A stretch of DNA of 64,000 bases from Leucoraja ocellata (Eukaryota). The notes under the pieces were generated by a model. It was not told where the DNA came from, ran no database searches, and saw nothing but the letters and a program-made list of their open reading frames with translations. The position numbers and the translations under genes are program-made. The stretch's first letter is position 1; the number at the start of each line of letters is the position of its first letter. Positions 1 through 12,647 of this stretch are shown piece after piece. The DNA lies in assembly GCA_036785375.1 (NCBI GenBank), contig JAWMAR010001141.1, positions 62,001 to 126,000 of the forward strand. Reading direction: 5' to 3'.

Positions 1-50
1 CTATTGTCTAATTGATACAAACAGTGAATCTCAGCAGGACGACAGTGAAA

Positions 51-430
51 CTAGTGCGATGACCAAATTGGGGGAGAGACGAAGAGAGAAGGAATGAAGT
101 TAGAGAAATCAATATTCATACCGCTGGGGTGTAAGTTGCCCAAACGAAATATGAGGCGCTGTTCCTCCAATTTGCATTTGGCCTCACTCTGACAGTGGAG
201 GAGGACCGGGACAGAAAGGTCAGTGTGGGAATGGGAAGGGGAGTTATCTAATGGCAACTGGGAGACTGCGTGGGTCAACGCCGACTGAGCGAAGGTGTTC
301 AGCGAAACGATCTCCCAGTCTGCGCTGGGTCTCGCCGATATCTTGCAGATGGGCGTGTAGCATCCAGCGACACTATTTGGAATATGTCTCGTTGGCCTCT
401 GGTGTCCCGGTCTTCCATCACTCGCACGGA
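51..430 (-). mobile_element. Degenerate Penelope-like element (GIY-YIG endonuclease C-terminal fragment)
   Basis: ORF ...SPSHSHTDLSV...KLEEQRLIFRLGNLHPSGMNIDF is homologous to 954..1184. Confidence 0.7.
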
Positions 431-541
431 ACATGTTTAGTTTAGTTTCGCGATACAGAGCAGGAACAAGTCCTTCGGCCCGCGATCACACGTACACCAG
501 TCCTGCACGGTGGCGCAGTGGTAGAGTTGCTGCCTCCCTGG

Positions 542-757
542 CTGTCCCACTTAGGAAACCTGAACGGAAACTTCTGGAGACTTTGCGCCCCACCCAAGGT
601 TTCCGTGCGGTTCCCGGAGGTTGCAGGTGGTTGCCCGAGGTTGCAGGTAGTGGAAGCAGGTAGGAAGACTGACAAAAACCTCCGGGAACCGCACGGAAAC
701 CTTGGGTGGCGCGCAAAGTCTCCAGAGGTTTCCGTTCAGGTTTCCTAAGTGGGACAG
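542..757. mobile_element. Palindromic MITE (CTGTCCCACTTAGG termini, probably PIF/Harbinger-like); partial relatives at about 4424-4549 and 16446-16620
   Basis: About 80-nt terminal inverted repeats ctgtcccacttaggaaacctgaacggaaac ... gtttccgttcaggtttcctaagtgggacag, nested in an HE1 SINE. Confidence 0.75.
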
Positions 758-794
758 GGGTTACACAGCCCAGAAACCCAGGTTCAATCCTGAC

Positions 795-1394
795 GTGTTT
801 AAGAGGGAACTGCAGATGCTGGAGAATCGAAGGTTACACAAAAAAGCTGGAGAAACTCAGCGGGTGCAGCAGCATCTATGGAGCGAAGGAAATAGGCGAA
901 GGATATAGATCTGTTCGGCGAAACGATCGCCCAACCGCGAGACCAAGCGGAGGTTGGGCGATCGTTTCGCCGAACACCTCCGCTCGGTCCGCAATAACCA
1001 AGCTGACCTCCCGGTGGCTCAGCACTTCAACTCCCCCTCCCACTCCACCTCCGACCTCTCTGCTCTGGGTCTCCTCCATGGCCACAGCGAGCAGCACCGG
1101 AAATTGGAGGAACAGCACCTCATATTCCGTTTGGGGAGTCTGCACCCCGGGGGCATGAACATCGAATTCTCCCAATTTTGTTAGTCCTTGCTGTCTCCTC
1201 CCCTTCCTCAGCCCCCCTGCTGTCTCCTCACATCCCCCAGCCTTCGGGCTACTCCTCCTTTTCCCTTTCTTGTCCCCACCCACCCCCGCCCCCGATCAGT
1301 CTGAAGAAGGGTTTCGGCCCGAAACGTTGCCTATTTCCTTCGCTCCATAGATGCTGCTGCACCCGCTGAGTTTCTCCAGCTTTTTTGTGTAACC
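795..1394 (+). mobile_element. Penelope-like retroelement insertion with inverted 5' segment
   Basis: ORF 954..1184 (DRFAEHLRSV...PVAQHFN...EQHLIFRLGSLHPGGMN) resembles the Penelope endonuclease C-terminus. 12-bp TSD ttcaatcctgac at 783-794 and 1395-1406; inverted copy of the 3' end at about 825-898. Confidence 0.8.
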
Positions 1395-1680
1395 TTCAAT
1401 CCTGACTATGGGTGCTGTCCGTACGGAGTTTATACATTCTTCCCGTGACCTGCGTGGGTTTCCTCTGGGAACTCCGGTTTCCTCCCAAACTTCAAACGTC
1501 TCCAGCTCTGTAGGTTAATAGGCTTGGCAAAATAGCAAATTGGCCCTAGTTTGTATAGGATAGTGCTAGTGTAAGTGGATGGCTTGTTGGTGCAGACCCA
1601 GTGGGCCGAAGGGCCTGTTTCCACGCTGTATCCCTAATGTCAACTAAACTAAATCTCACACTGGGGATAATTTACAGACA

Positions 1681-1686
1681 TTTATT
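1681..1686 (-). terminator. Candidate polyadenylation signal (AATAAA) of gene 1
   Basis: tttatt on + strand, 5 nt beyond the predicted TAA stop. Confidence 0.45.
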
Positions 1687-1691
1687 GCAAT

Positions 1692-4600
1692 TTACGCCTC
1701 TTTGCAGTCCTTGGACATGTTTAGTTGCATTGTCTCCGACGCTGGAACATCATATTATTTTATGCACAACCTGATGTACTCGTGTACAGAAGATAGACAC
1801 AAAAAGCTGGAGTAACTCAGCGGGACAGGCAGCATCTCTGGAGAGCAGGGATGGATGACGTTTTGGGTCGAGACCCTTCTTCAGATGGGTTGAAACATCC
1901 GACTCGAAACATCACCCATTCCTTCTCACCAGAGATGCTGCCTGTCCCGCTGAGTTACTCCAGCTTTTTGTGTCTATCTTCGGTTTAAACCAGCATCTGC
2001 AGTTCCTTCCTACACGTACACGTGTTCAGTGTGATTTGACTGGGTGACATGCAAAACAACATTTTTTCACTGCACGCCAATAATAAATCCATACGCAGTT
2101 ATTGTTCCATTATCATTTTAACTGTAGCATAAATATTTTGTTGGCTACTTACTTTCACGAGGGATAGTTTCTGACTGTTTCCTCTTCTTTACAAGTAGAA
2201 CTATCGTTATTACAACCAATAGTCCCAACACGAGTGGAAGTATAATGTGCCATATCTGTGGGGTGCCGCTATTAAAACACGATTGAGAAACATTCAATGA
2301 GACAAGGAACAATATCTCTAACAGTAAATTGAACCAGAATGAGGAAGGACATAAAGCGCTGGAGTAGCTCAGCAGGTCAGGGCAGCATCCCTGGAGAATG
2401 GGAACAGGTGATGTTTCGGGTTGAGACCTTTCTTCAGATCAAAGAAGGGTGTCGACCCGAAACGTGAATCTGAAGAAGTGTTTTGACCTGAAAGGTCACC
2501 CATCCATGTTCTCCAGCGATGCTGCCTGACCCGTTGAGTTACTCCAGCACTTTGTATTCTTTTCTGTATTCACCAACTTCTGCAGTTCTTTGTGTTGACA
2601 AACTAGAATGTGGGTGAAACTGGAAGCGAGATGCGAGGAACTGCAGGTGCTGGTTTAGAATAAGAGACGGGGTGGCATAATGGCGCAGCGCCTGAGACCC
2701 GGGTTCGATCCTGACCACGGGTGCTGCCTGTACGGAGTTTGTACGTTCTCCCCGTGACCGTGTGGGTTTTCTCCGAGATCTTCGGTTTCCTCCCACACTC
2801 CAAAGTCGTGCATAAATATATTGGCTTGGTATAAATGTAACTTGTCCCTGGTATGTTTAGGATACTTTTAGTGTGCGGAAATCGCTGGTCCGTACGGACT
2901 CAGTGGGCCGAAGGGCCTGTTTCCGCACTCTATCTCTAAACTAAACATGACGTATTGAACCAATACCAACAACAATCAGTAAATAATGATTAGATTGAGG
3001 ATGACTGCAGAAATCTTACCTTGCTTTGTTGCTTGGTGCCCCTGGTTTTGTTATCGTTCCTGAGGTGGGTTGTTAAAATCAACATATTATACCAATTCAT
3101 ATCAATTACAACACAACATAACTTAATCTCAAGGAAATGCAGATGCTGCAAATTGCCCTTTAGTCTGTAAGGAGTAGATGCAAAAATTGGGATAACATAA
3201 ATCTAGTGTGAATGGATGATGGATGGTTGGCATGGACTAGATGGGCCGAAGAGTCTGCTTCCATGTTGCATCTTTCAATTCAATTAATATGTATATTAAC
3301 AAGAGGATTAGAAAGTCTGTCTAAGAGTAATAAACATAAGTGAAATATTTAGTAATACATTCCACAATCAGAGCTTAGAAAGGAGGTAAAACTCGGGTGA
3401 ATATTAGGGAAAGCTTTGAAGATATGAGGTTGGGAGAGATGAGAAGAATTAGAAGGCTGTGGAGGCCAAGTCAATGGATATTTTTAAGGCAGAGATTGAG
3501 AGATTCTTGATTAGTACATGTGTAAGGGGTTATGGGGAGAAGGCAGGAGAATGGGGTTGAGAGGGAAATATAGGTCGGCCATGATTTAATGGCGGGGTCG
3601 ACTTGATGGGCTAATTCTACTCCAACAACTTACAAGAATGGAGAGAGATACGTGGAAGATAATATCAGTAAAGACAGTTTGCATGCTGAATTTCTACATA
3701 AATGTTGAATCGTTGTAATTTTATGTTGATTTATACCTTTAAACATCACGGTTTGAACCTGTGAGATCTCAAAGTCGACTTGTGTCCTGGCCCCACACCA
3801 ATATTCCCCCACATCTCCTTCATCAGTGTGCCTGATCGTGATGGCAAAGTTGTTGACTTTGTCCGCACTGATTGACAATTTGCTGCTGTTGTAGTCATGA
3901 GGCCTCGCTATGATGCTGCAACTATTCACAGAGACGACTTTACACAAGAATTTCACATATGCTTCAAATTGGGCCTTGTACCGGCAGTGTATAGTGGTGG
4001 CATTGCCCTTCACGCCCTTGACTGTGGTACGGTTTAGTATCCGTGAATCTGCTGTAATTAAAACAAAATGAGGGTATGAGATGTTGACTGTTGGCTTTAG
4101 TAGGGAAGAGCCAAGGATACAAAAACCTTACTTTGGTTTAAAGATCCAGCCCACCTAGTCTGCACCGACCAGCGATCCCCGTACATTAACGCGTTCCTAC
4201 ACACACTAGGGATGAGTTATAATTTTACTGAAGCCAATTAACCTACAAACTTTGGAGTGTGGGAGGAAACTGGAGCACCCGAGGAAAACCCACGAAGGTC
4301 ACGGGGAGAACGTACAAACTCCGTACAGACAGCATCCATGGTCAGGATCGAACTCTGGTCTCTGCGGCTGTAAGGCGGCAACTCTACCGCTATGTCACGG
4401 GATGGCAGGCACCCTCATTAAATCCCTGAGGTTTTTGTCAGTCTCCCTACCTGCAACCACCTGCAACCTCCGGGAACCGCACGGAAACCTTGGGTGGGGC
4501 GCAAAGTCTCCAGAGGTTTCCGTTTAGGTTTCCTAAGTGGGACAGGGGCATTACACTACACTCCCCTCCCCCCTTGCCCCCTTCCACCCTAGTTCCATCA

Positions 4601-7212
4601 GCTCTTCCCCATCTCCCTACTGACAGTCTGAGGAATTGCCCCGACCCAGAGCGGTTGGGCTTGTATAATCTGGAAGTTAGAAGGATGAGAGGAAAACGTA
4701 TTGAAACGTATATTATTATGGGGTTGGACACGCTAGAGGCAGGAAACATGTTCCCGATGTTGAGGGAGTCCAGAACCAGGGACCACAGTTTAAGAATATG
4801 GGGTAAGCTATTTAGAACAGAGATGAGGAAACACTTTTTCCACACAGAGAATTGTGAGTCTGTGGAATTCTCTGCCTCAGAGGGCGGCAGAGGCCGGTTC
4901 TCTGGATACTTTCAAGAGCTAGATAGGTCTCTTGAAGATAGCGGAGTCAGGGGATATGGGGAGAAAGCAGGAACAGGTACTGATTGGGGATGATCAGCCA
5001 TGATCACATTGAATGGCGGTACAGGCACAAAGGGCGGAATGGCCTACTCCTGCACCTATTGTCTATTGTCTGTTGACCTAAAATGTCACCTATTCCATTT
5101 CTCCAGAGATGCTGCCCATCCCGCTGAGTTACTCCAGCATTTTGTGTCTATCTTCGGTGTAAACCAGCATCCTTCCTACACACCTTTAAGTTAAACTCGC
5201 TTAACAATCGGTATACAAAAGGAACTGCAGATGCTGGAATCTACGTATAAAGTGCTGGAGTAACTCAGCAGGATGGGCAGCTCCTCTCCATAACAATCAG
5301 TCTGCTCATTATGGCACCGCAGTCCAAGTGTATATTATCAGTGAAGCATATTATCGGTCTTAAAATCTTCGGAAAATCTCTTACCTGTGAAAACATCCAG
5401 CATGACAATATCTGAAACATGGATTTTATTTGCCTGACTTTTTCCACACCAGTATGTTCCTGTATCATTCTTCTGAAGTTGACTTATTACAAAATCAGAC
5501 CCATTGATTCTTCTCATTGATATCCTTCCACTACTGTCTTCTTTCTCAGTGTCGACTATTGCATTGCATCCTTTTCCAGAATAGGCTTTGCACCAGCTGA
5601 CAGGTCCTGTTTTCTGAGCGTGTGGACATTCTATAGTCACTGTTTTTCCCTCGCCAGCTCTTATCACCATCAAGGGAAGGTTTGCTAAGGAACCTGTCGG
5701 GTGAAATTTAATGCTGGAAATGTTACAGAATTACATCAAAATATTCCCATACCCCCCCCCCCCCCCCCCCCGCCTGACATAATCTCATGTTCAGTTATAG
5801 GAGAACATTTAGACCATTCAGTTCATTGTCTGCCCCAATGGTTGATCTATCTCTCCCTCTCAACCCAATAACCCCTGACACCCGTACTGCTCACCAAGAA
5901 TATGAGAATCTCCCCCTTAACAGGTACAGGACAGTAACAGGTGCAAGACAGTAGCGGAGCGGTAGAGGTGCTGCCTTACAGCGCCAGAGACCCGGGTACG
6001 TGTGCAGTCTGTACGGAGTTTGCACGTTCTCCCTGTGACCTGCGTGGGTTTTCTCCAGACGCTCCGGTTTCCTCCCACACTCCAAAAACGTGGAGGTTTG
6101 TAGGTTAATTGGCTTCGGTAAAAATCGTTCCTAGTGTGTCAGATAGAACTAGTGTGCAGGGATCGCTGGTCAGCGTGGACTCGGTGGGTCGAAGGGCCTG
6201 GTTCCACGCTGTATCTCCAAACTAAACTAAACTTCCTGTTATTCTGAGGCTGTGCACCATGGTCCTAGACTCTCCCACCAGTGGAAACATCCTCTCCACA
6301 CCCACTCTATCACCAGGCCTTTCACTATTCGTTAAGTTTCAATGTCCCCCTCGTCCTGAAATGGGAGGTGGGAGGAAACTCGAGCTCCCGGAAGAAACCC
6401 ATACGGCGACGGGGACAAACTCCACAAAGACAGCATCCGAGGAAAGATTGTACTGTAAACATCTTCAGTGCTGCATCTTCACTAAAAGCATAGAACAGTA
6501 CAGCACAGGAACAGGCCATTTGGCCCACAATCGCCATGCTGAACATGATGCCACGACCAACCCATATCTGCCTGCTCATCATCCATATCTTTCCATTCCC
6601 TGCATATCCATCTGCCCCTGCCAACGACTCTTAAAAACTGATTGAGATAGCGGGGCATTCTCCCCACCCCCCTCCCCCCACCACAATCAGTCTGAAGAAG
6701 GGTCCCGGCCCAAAATATCACATATCCATGTTCTCTAGAGATGCTGCCTGACCTGCTGAGTTACTCCAGCACTTTGTATCTTTTTCCTCTTACATGCATG
6801 TGCCAGTCCGAACGTCTCTTAAATCCTCTGCTAAATCCCATGCTCTTGTCACAGTTCATTTTAACTCTTGCTAAAATGTAAAGTTAGTTGGTTCCTTTCT
6901 CGGCTCCTGGTCCTTTGGCTGAGCAGCAGTGTATCATCACTGATTTAAATAACAAGATCTAATCTTCACGTTGACATATAACTGCGCTATGGTTCCATGA
7001 CCATAAGTTAATGGGGCAGAATTAGGTTGTTCGGCTCATCATGTCTACTCCGCCATTCAATCATGGCTGATCTGTCTCTCCCTCCTAACTCCATTCTCCT
7101 GCTTTCTCCCCATAACCCCTGACACCCGCACTAATCAATAATCAGTTCATCTCAGCTTTAAGTGGAAAAACTTACTTGAAGTCACAGTCCGAAACAGCAG
7201 AATATAAAACAT
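1692..7212 (-). CDS. Gene 1: two-V-domain CD300/pIgR-like (MDIR-type) type I membrane receptor, about 287 aa. Exons 7176-7212 (leader), 5385-5693 (V1), 3737-4048 (V2), 3020-3059 (stalk), 2153-2268 (TM), 1692-1741 (tail + TAA)
   Basis: All introns are GT-AG with compatible phases (1,1,1,2,1). Kozak-like ccacgATG; leader MFYILLFRTVTS. V1 has C..WCKAYSGKGC..YWCG and V2 has C..FLCKVVSVNSC..YWCG (the C-x7-C of CD300/pIgR). TM IWHIILPLVLGLLVVITIVLLV is followed by KKRK. Tail ends TSETMQLNMSKDCKEA* with AATAAA just after the stop. Confidence 0.8.
1790..1980. repeat. Palindromic Penelope-derived short repeat (many copies across the window)
   Basis: Inverted arms gatagacacaaaaagctggagtaactcagcgggacaggcagcatctctgg / ccagagatgctgcctgtcccgctgagttactccagctttttgtgtctatc. 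Confidence 0.8.
2153..2268 (-). CDS. Gene 1 transmembrane exon (uncharged TM)
   Basis: Translates GTPQIWHIILPLVLGLLVVITIVLLVKKRKQSETIPRE; acceptor ttttaatag, donor gtaagt. Confidence 0.85.
2670..2946 (+). mobile_element. HE1-type tRNA-derived SINE (representative; other copies at about 505-1650 split, 4130-4400, 5940-6231, 9243-9512, 12115-12385, 18341-18640, 25310-25600, 26000-26300, 33728-33990, 35070-35390, 35690-35980 and their paralogs)
   Basis: A/B-box-like tggcgcag...gggttcgatcc, core gctgtctgtacggagtttgtacgttctcccc, and tail gggccgaagggcctgtttcc...(ctaaa)n. Confidence 0.85.
3737..4048 (-). CDS. Gene 1 V-set Ig domain 2 exon
   Basis: ORF 3630..4013: TIHCRY...FLCK...C...DVGEYWCG. NAGNAG acceptor (tacagcag), donor gtata; 312 or 315 nt, phase 1-1. 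Confidence 0.88.
4651..5070 (+). mobile_element. HER1/CR1 LINE 3' fragment
   Basis: LGLYNLEVRRMRG...RTRDHSLRI ORF2 C-terminus and conserved 3' UTR. Confidence 0.85.
5385..5693 (-). CDS. Gene 1 V-set Ig domain 1 exon
   Basis: ORF 5338..5673: VTIEC...WCK...C...DTGTYWCG. Acceptor cag at 5694-5696, donor gtaag at 5380-5384; 309 nt, phase 1-1. Confidence 0.9.
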
Positions 7213-7299
7213 CGTGGTCACAGAGAGAGAGAGGTCCATGTTTGCTGATGGAGTGGTCTCCAATTCGTGCTGTTCACGACTTGCTCTTGTTTGATTTCA

Positions 7300-7450
7300 C
7301 CACTTGCTCCGTGTGCAAACTTCCTCACGAATGAACAAATGCTTTGCAATGTGACATAGAATAAGGAACTTTGACCCATATCCTGTTTTGCAATCTGTTG
7401 CGTGCACGTTGTCAACGGCTCCACTTTGGGGGATGGACTGTGGTTGGCAG
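7300..7450 (-). promoter_or_regulatory. Putative myeloid/lymphoid-type proximal promoter of gene 1
   Basis: GAGGAAGT PU.1/Ets box at 7319-7326 (minus), TTGCAAT C/EBP half sites at about 7344 and 7388, TGTGGTT RUNX site at 7439-7445; all within 250 nt of the ATG in non-repetitive DNA. Confidence 0.4.
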
Positions 7451-8569
7451 AGGTTTGGGCAGAAGACAAGCTGAACTGTAGCAGGTTCCCAGTGAGGGTA
7501 TCCACAACTTGCATGGTCATATCCCAATCCTGTCCTCCTTGAAGATCAGTGTTGGGAGATGCACTTTTTAAAAGTAATACTTTGCAATCCAAATGTAGAA
7601 TAAGGAACATTGACAAACATTCTGTTTCACAACTAGCTGGACTTACAGCGCCAGAGGCCTGGGTTCAGTTGTGACTATGTTTAAGAGGGAGTTAGATGTG
7701 GCCCTTGTGGCTAAAGGGACCAGGTGGTATGGAGAGAAGGCAGGTACAGGATACTGAGTTGGACGATCAGCCATGATCATATCGAATGGCGGTGCAGGCT
7801 CGAAGGGCCGAATGGCCTACTCCTGCAGCTATTTTTTATGTTTCTATGTTTCTATGGGTGCTGTCTGTACGGGGTTTGTACGTTCTCCCCATGACCGCGT
7901 GATTTTTTCTGGATGTTCCAGCTTATCGCACCATCCAAAGACGTGTGGATTTGTAGGTTATCTGACTTCGCCAAATTGTAGATTGTCCCGAGTGTGTCGG
8001 ATAGTCCTAGCGTACTGGGGTTGTCTCCAGAGATGCTGTCTGTCCCGCTGAGTTACTCCGGCTTTTTGTGTCTACCTTCGGTTTCAACCGGCATCTGCAG
8101 TTCCTTCCTAAACAGTTGAAATTATTCCTTCATGGTTGGGAAGAGTGTTGAGAAGATTTATCAGGATTTTGCCAGGACTCGAAGTTCTGAGCTACAAGGG
8201 GGATGAGTCTCATCCTGGCCATTCCCTCTTCTCCCCTCTCTCATCAGGCAAGAGGCACAGAAGTTTGAAAACGCACATTCTTCCATTATGTTATCATGAA
8301 ACTGAACCATCTTATTGCTAACTAGAGAGTGATCCTGACCTACCATCTACCTCATTGGAGACCCTTGCACCATCTTTAATTGGACTTTACTGGACTTTAT
8401 CTTGCACTGAACCTACAGTATTTCCCTTTATCCTGTATCTGTACACTGTGGATGGCTTGATTGTAATCACCTACAGTCCTTTTGCTGACTGGATAGCATG
8501 CAACAACAAAAAATTCTTGTTCCTTGGTACATGTGACGATGATAAAACTAAACTAAATTTGTATAAACT

Positions 8570-9055
8570 AAGACTTTATTCCTTGGAGCACAGAAGGCTA
8601 AGAGGTGATCTTATAGAGGTGTATACAATCATGAGTAGGTATTGATAGGGTGAGGTTCTCACAGCGAGTGGTGAGTCTGTGGAATTCTCTACCTCAGAGG
8701 GCGGTGGAGGCTGGTTGTCTATTTAATTCACAGAGTCTTTTACCCAGAGTAAAAGGGGAATCAAAATCCAGAGGACAAGTTTAAATTGAGGGGGGAGGGA
8801 TTTAATAGGAACCTGAGGGGCAAGCTTTCCACTCAGAATGTGGTGGATATATGGAACGAGCTGCCAAAGGAGTTAGCTAAGGCAGCTACTATTACAACAT
8901 TTAAAAGACAATTGGACAGGTACATGGATAGGAATGGTTTAGAGGGATATGGATCTAATGCTGCCAAATGGGACTACTCAGGTGGGGGCATTTTGGTCAG
9001 CATGGATGAGTGAAGGGTCTATTTCCGTGCTATATAACTATGAGTCTATGATTCT
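8570..9055 (+). mobile_element. CR1-clade LINE 3' fragment
   Basis: LYSLEHRRLRGDLIEVY...WNELP motif. Confidence 0.75.
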
Positions 9056-10037
9056 AATACATTACCATGATAACCTCTCTGATGCTGCCGAGACGTGCTG
9101 CACGATGGTCAAATCCTACGACTAGGAAGACGAGAGTCAATGTGATCTTGACCTCCATGGATGGAGTAGACCAGGTATGAAGGTCCTCGTGTATCTCACT
9201 GTAGACAGACTTGGAATAACATGAGATATCTTAATATCTTGGGGCACAGTGGTAGAGTTGCTGCCTTACAGCACCAGAGACCCGGGTTCAATCCTAACTA
9301 CGGGTACTTGTCTGTATGGAGTTTGTACGTTCTCCCCGTGACCTGCGTGGGTTTTCTTCAGGATCTCCAGTTTCTTCCCTCACTCCAAAGACAGGCAGGC
9401 TTGTAGGCTAATGGGCTTGGTATAATTGTAAATTGTCCCTGATGTGTAGGATGGTGTTAGTGTGCGGGGATTGCTGGTCGCCGCAGACTTGGTGGGCTGA
9501 AAGGCCTGTTTCAATAGACAATATGAGTACAGGAGTAGGCCATTCGGCCCTTCGAGCCAGCACCCCCATTCAATGTGAGCATGGCTGATCATCCCCAATT
9601 AGTACCCCGTTCCTGCCTTCTCCCCATATCCCCTGACTCCGCTATCTTTAAGAGCCCTATCTAGCTCTCTCTCGAAAGTATCCAGAGAACCAGCCTCCAC
9701 CCCCACTGTTCCTCTAAACTAAACCAAACTTAGAAATGCCAGTGTCAGCTGAGTGGCCTTTCAGTAATAAGGAGAGTACTGTGCCCTGAATTTCAATGGG
9801 ATAGTTTGGGTTTGGTTTGCAGTTTTGAGCAATATTTTATTGGTATGAGTAACAATGGTGGTTGTGCAATGAATGCAATCATTTACTGCAAGTCAGCGAT
9901 GCTGGGAAAGTGTCAAGCATAGTGTGACCAGGAACGGGAGCTCCAATTGCAGAACTTTACATGGCGAGGATTGTAAGCATGATTGACTCGGGGCAAGAGA
10001 GTCGAAGGTTAGGGGGACCACTCGAGAATGTGAAAAC

Positions 10038-11495
10038 GAGGAATTATAGACCAGTTAGTCTTACATCGGTACTGGGGAAGATGCTGGAATAGATTATTAA
10101 GGATGTTATAGCAGCGCATTTGGAATGCAGTGTCAGGATCGGTCAAAATCAGCATGGATTTATGAAGGGGAAATCATGCTTGACTAATCTTTTAGAATTT
10201 TTTGAGGATGTAACAAGTAGAATGGATAAGGGAGAGCCAGTGGATGTGGAGTATCTAGGCTTTCAAAAAGCCTTTGACAAGGTCCCACACAAAAGATTAG
10301 TGTGCAAAATTAGAGCACATGGTATTGGGGGTAGGGCATTGACATGGATAGAGAACTGGTTGGCAGATAGGAAGCTAAGGGTAGGAATTAACGGGTTCTT
10401 TTCAGAATGGCAGGCAGTGACTAGCGCGGTGCTGCAAGGCTCGGTGCTGGGACCCCACTTATTTACAATATATATTAATGATTTAGACGAGGGAATTAAA
10501 TGTAACGTCACTAAGTTTGCGGATGACACAAAGCTGGGTGGCAGTGAGAGCTGCGAGGAGGATGCAGGGTGACTTGGACAGGTTGAGTTAGTGGGCAGAA
10601 GCATGGCAGTTATAGTATAACGTAGATAAATGTGAGGTTAACCACTTTGGTGGCAAGAACAGTAAGGCAGATTATTATCTGAATGGTGTCAGATTAGGAG
10701 AAGGGGAGGTGCAATGAGACCTGGGTGTGCTTGTACATCAGTCATTGAAAGTAAGCATGCTGGTACAGCAGGCAGTGAAGAAAGCCAATGGCATGTTTGC
10801 CATCATTGTGAGAGGATTTGAGTTTTGGAGCAAGGAAGTTCTACTGCAGTTGGACAGGGCCCTGGTGAGACCACATCTGGAGTATTGTGTCCAGTTTTGG
10901 ACTCCTAATTTGAGGAAGGACATTATTGCTATTGAGTGAATGCAGTGTATGTTCGCCAGGTTAATTCCCAGGATGCCGGGACTGACATATGATGAAAGAA
11001 TAGTTCGACTGGGCTTGTATTCGCTGGAAGTTAGAAGGATGAGAGGTTATCTATAGAAACATATACAATTCTTAGAGAATTGGACAGGTGAGATGCAGGA
11101 ACAATGTTCTCGATGTTGGGGGGAGTCCAGAACCAGGGGTTATAGTTTAAAAATGTGGTAGGCCATTTCGGACAGAGATGAGGGAAATCTTTTTCACCCA
11201 GGGAGTTGTGAATCTGTGGAATTTTCTGCTACTAAAGGCAATGGAGGCCAATTCACAGGGTGGATTCAAGAGAGAGTTAGATTTAGCTCTTAAGGTTAAG
11301 GGAATCGAGGGATATGGGGGAAAAGATGAAACGGGGTACTGATATCACTGCACATTAATTGGTGCATGTGTCAATAAATGTGACCTTGAACTTGATTTTT
11401 GGATGATCAGCCTTGATCATATTGAATGGCGGTGCTGGCTCAAAGGGCTGAATGGCCTACTCCTGCAAGTATTGTCTATGTTTTGATGTTTCTAT
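10038..11495 (+). mobile_element. HER1/CR1 LINE reverse transcriptase fragment (degenerate)
   Basis: [56 protein letters not shown]; stops and frameshifts. Confidence 0.92.
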
Positions 11496-12647
11496 ATACT
11501 GGTCAGTTTAAGTATCACTATACGTAGGCACTTGAATACATCTTAGATAAGCATCTCAGATACAGAACAAGTGTATAGTACTGGTACACTGAGACAGTGT
11601 GCAGAGTTAGCTCCCATACATGCAGGAAAACCACAGTGAGGGCGTTTTGCAGAAGTGCTGCACTGATAGTGAGGCATTTTTTAAATGTTTTGAAAATATG
11701 AAAAACTGTTAAATGCAACTAAATGTGTCCGTTCTCCTTCTGTTAGACAAACAAGAGCAATGAGAATTGCCAGCGGAAATGTGTGTGTTGTTTAAATATT
11801 TAATGTAGTTTGGATGGTCAGTAATCAATAATTGCATTCAATCAACCCCCCCCCCCCTCTCCTGTATCCACCCATCACTCGCCACATTTTGTGCTGCCCC
11901 CACGTCGCTTCCAGTTCAATAACCAGAGGCTTTTTGACGAGGCAGCACGGTGGCGCAGCGGTAGAGTCGCTGCTTGGAGGACATTGCAATTGAAACAACT
12001 TCTCTTTCCACATGCGTTGTGAATCTCGATTGTACACCGATGGTCCTCTGATGCAGCTGACTTTGCTTCAGCTATAGATTTATCCCATTCCCCATCTAAT
12101 ATGTAATGCTTTAGTTGAGTTTAGTTTAGAGATACAGTGTGGGAACGGGTCCTTTGGCCCGCTGAGTCCACATCGACCAGCGATCACCCACACACTAGTT
12201 CTATCCTACACACTAGGGGCAATTTACAGAAGCCAATTAACCTGCACGTCTTTGGAATGCGGGAGGAAGCCGGAGAAAACCCACGTGATCACAGGGAAAA
12301 CGTACAAACTCCACACAGACAGCACCCGTGGTCAGGATCGTACCTGGGTCTCCTGCGCCAGACAGCAAATCTACCGCTGTGGCACTCTTTGCTTTAGAAT
12401 TTAGAGATAGAGGCCCTTCGACCCACTGAGGCTTTTAGATAGTATGGTATGGTACTTTATGTCATGTAACGAGGTGCAGTGAAATTCATTTCTGTAAACA
12501 TTTCAGTACAAGTATAAGATAGGCACAGAGATATGCAGGGGGTGGAGGGATAGTGGACTATGTGCAGGCAGATGAGATCAGTTTAACTTTGCCACATGGT
12601 TGGCATGGACAATGTGGGCCAAAGGGCCTGTTCCCGTGCTGTTCTGT

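Noticed and set aside
2670-2720. tRNA-like A/B boxes
   Set aside because: These are heads of HE1 SINEs, not cloverleaf tRNA genes.
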